Shown: piece after piece, positions 62,390 through 64,000 of the stretch | Layout: every line of letters starts with the position of its first letter | Position numbering within the stretch: the first letter of the stretch is position 1 | NCBI GenBank assembly: GCA_000934665.2 | Contig: KZ538089.1 | Location: 62,001 to 126,000 of the forward strand | Reading direction: 5' to 3' | Length of the DNA stretch: 64,000 bases | Source of the DNA: Catajapyx aquilonaris | Lineage: Eukaryota | Program-made: the position numbers and the translations under genes | Notes under the pieces: generated by a model | What the model was told of the DNA's origin: nothing | Databases searched by the model: none | The model's input: only the letters and a program-made list of their open reading frames with translations

Positions 62390-63818
62390 GTAATTTTGTA
62401 CATTTGAAAACCAATTCTCAAGTTCATGTTCTCTCCAGACACACATGGTTGTCCTTTATGCCACAACATCTCACATGACATTGGTATCTGCTCGTAAATA
62501 ATGCACAGCAGAAATTTCCACACCTTGTTTTGGCTTTGCATCACTCATGCTCATCAATATGATTTGGCATAATAATTTCCCCCACATGTGAACTAATGTG
62601 TCGCCATTTTTTTTGAGCAGTTAAGTGAAGCTATTGATGTCCTGGAGACAAAGATGCTGGTGGAATACAACAAGAAACCTGAGGAGTACATATACAAATT
62701 GCTAATTAGTGCCTGTGGGAGAGTGGGATTCACGGAGAAAGCCTTCAAGCTGTTTAACCAGGTGACCTTGATTAACACTCAACAAACTGCACTAACCAGC
62801 CAACTATTTTGTGATTATTTCAAGTTGATTTCCAGATGAAGAAGAGAGGGTTGAATGTTACAGGCTCAATATACACCAGCCTGTTCAATGCCTGTGCCAA
62901 CTCCCCAATACAAAATGATGGGTTGAACCGTGCTCATCGTTTGCGAGCACTGATGAAGGAGAAAGGTTACACATCAAATACAACCAACTACCATGCGATG
63001 ATGAAGGGTGAGTGAATATTGTCAGGTAAATCTAACAGTGAACTGAAAGAAAATGTTTTTACAGCATTTGGACGCTGTGGTGACCTGGAAACAGCATTTC
63101 AAGTGGCTGATGAAATGCTTAGCCTTGGCCAAGTATTCACCAATGAAACTGCTGCATTTCTGCTTCAAGCATGCATTTCTGATAAAGAGAAAGGATTTTA
63201 CTTTGCACTGCAGGTAAGTCTTCAGTGGTGTGGTCTTACCACAGGTTGAAGTGAATGCACGCCAATGAGGGGCTAATTGAAGTTCTCCCTTGTTATGTAA
63301 AAGGTGTGGCTCCAAATGCACCGCATGAAGGTGAAGCCCACTTTGTACAGTTACAACCTCATGATGCGCTGCATGCGTGACTGTGGAGTGGGTGATGAGC
63401 AGTTGGACCCAGCCAGTGCCAGGATCTTCTTAGGACCTTCGGAACAGGTTTCAACTTCCCAGGATTCTGGGAGATGCCAACTACAGTTGCCGTCAACAGT
63501 GGCGAAAGTGGAAGGACCCACAGCTGGAGATAAGACAACCCTGTTGACTCCAAGTTCATCTATGGAATCAGAATTGGGACCTTTAAGTGAAGCTTGTAAC
63601 AGGTATTGCAATTTCTTTGACTGACAGTCGTGGTAACGACTGGTAAAATGCCTACTGCTCTTAACATAGGTGTACTGCATTTTTGTTGTTGCAGGCTTCA
63701 GCTCTTTGGTGGCATGGCAGGGTTTCTGCAGAACATGCAGAATTATAGAATCAAACCTGATGTGAAAACTTTTTCACTAATGCTGGAAGTTATCCCTTCT
63801 GACAAGAGAAGTGAAGAG
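62030..63818 (+). CDS. PTCD1: Pentatricopeptide repeat-containing protein 1, mitochondrial, 3'-partial. join(62030..62389,62621..62761,62836..63007,63065..63213,63304..63602,63695..63818,...); alternative in-frame ATG at 62000
   Basis: Phase-consistent GT-AG exons encode tandem PPR motifs: [116 protein letters not shown]..M...IKPDVKTFSLML. The Arg-rich, acid-free N-terminus looks like a mitochondrial targeting peptide. No stop before the window ends. Confidence 0.93.
62621..62761 (+). CDS. PTCD1: PTCD1 exon (PPR)
   Basis: gcag| [30 protein letters not shown]|gtgacc. Confidence 0.92.
62836..63007 (+). CDS. PTCD1: PTCD1 exon (PPR; not in the ORF track)
   Basis: ttccag| [32 protein letters not shown]|gtgagt. 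Confidence 0.92.
63065..63213 (+). CDS. PTCD1: PTCD1 exon (PPR)
   Basis: ttttacag| [27 protein letters not shown]|gtaagt. Confidence 0.92.
63304..63602 (+). CDS. PTCD1: PTCD1 exon
   Basis: aaag| [31 protein letters not shown]..ACN-AG|gtattg. Confidence 0.88.
63695..63818 (+). CDS. PTCD1: PTCD1 exon (last one visible in the window)
   Basis: ttgcag| RLQLFGGMAGFLQNMQNYRIKPDVKTFSLMLEVIPSDKRSEE|gtaaca. Confidence 0.88.
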
Positions 63819-64000
63819 GTAACACATTAGTTGCCTTTATTCTAACTTTGATTTGTCATTAGATATTTTTTCATTGACATTTTCATGGATGTATGTTGAC
63901 ATACATGTGGGTATTTCATTAGGAAGAAATCAGTTGTGATAATTTCATTAAATTGTAGCATACGAATGACTGCCCACCATATTGTTTAACTCCAGTCTCA

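Noticed and set aside
1..64000. CRISPR arrays, operons, rRNA or tRNA genes
   Set aside because: The window is intron-rich eukaryotic DNA; no regularly spaced repeat-spacer array or structural RNA gene was seen.

Overview
Eukaryotic genomic DNA, most likely an arthropod, with three spliced protein-coding genes. (1) A large + strand spineless/aryl hydrocarbon receptor (bHLH-PAS) gene occupies about 1-52 kb. Its first coding exon was not found and probably lies upstream of the window. Eight coding exons from 7537 to 49686 join in frame across GT-AG introns, including one of 27 kb. A candidate alternative terminal exon lies at 51775-51870. (2) A complete 8-exon WDR6/Trm734-like WD40 gene lies on the - strand (61662->57418, 956 aa) and contains a U12-type (minor spliceosome) intron. 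(3) A head-to-head PTCD1-like mitochondrial PPR gene on the + strand runs from about 62030 off the end of the window. There are also two MITE-like elements, isolated hairpins, microsatellites and a 50-N gap. The most interesting signals are: multi-way, dual-frame splicing at the AhR C-terminus; a candidate recursive splice site in the giant intron; the U12 intron; and a mirror-symmetric bidirectional promoter with YY1-type motifs that also open uORFs. Family assignments come from recalled protein motifs, not database searches. I found no firm evidence of a wholly new system.
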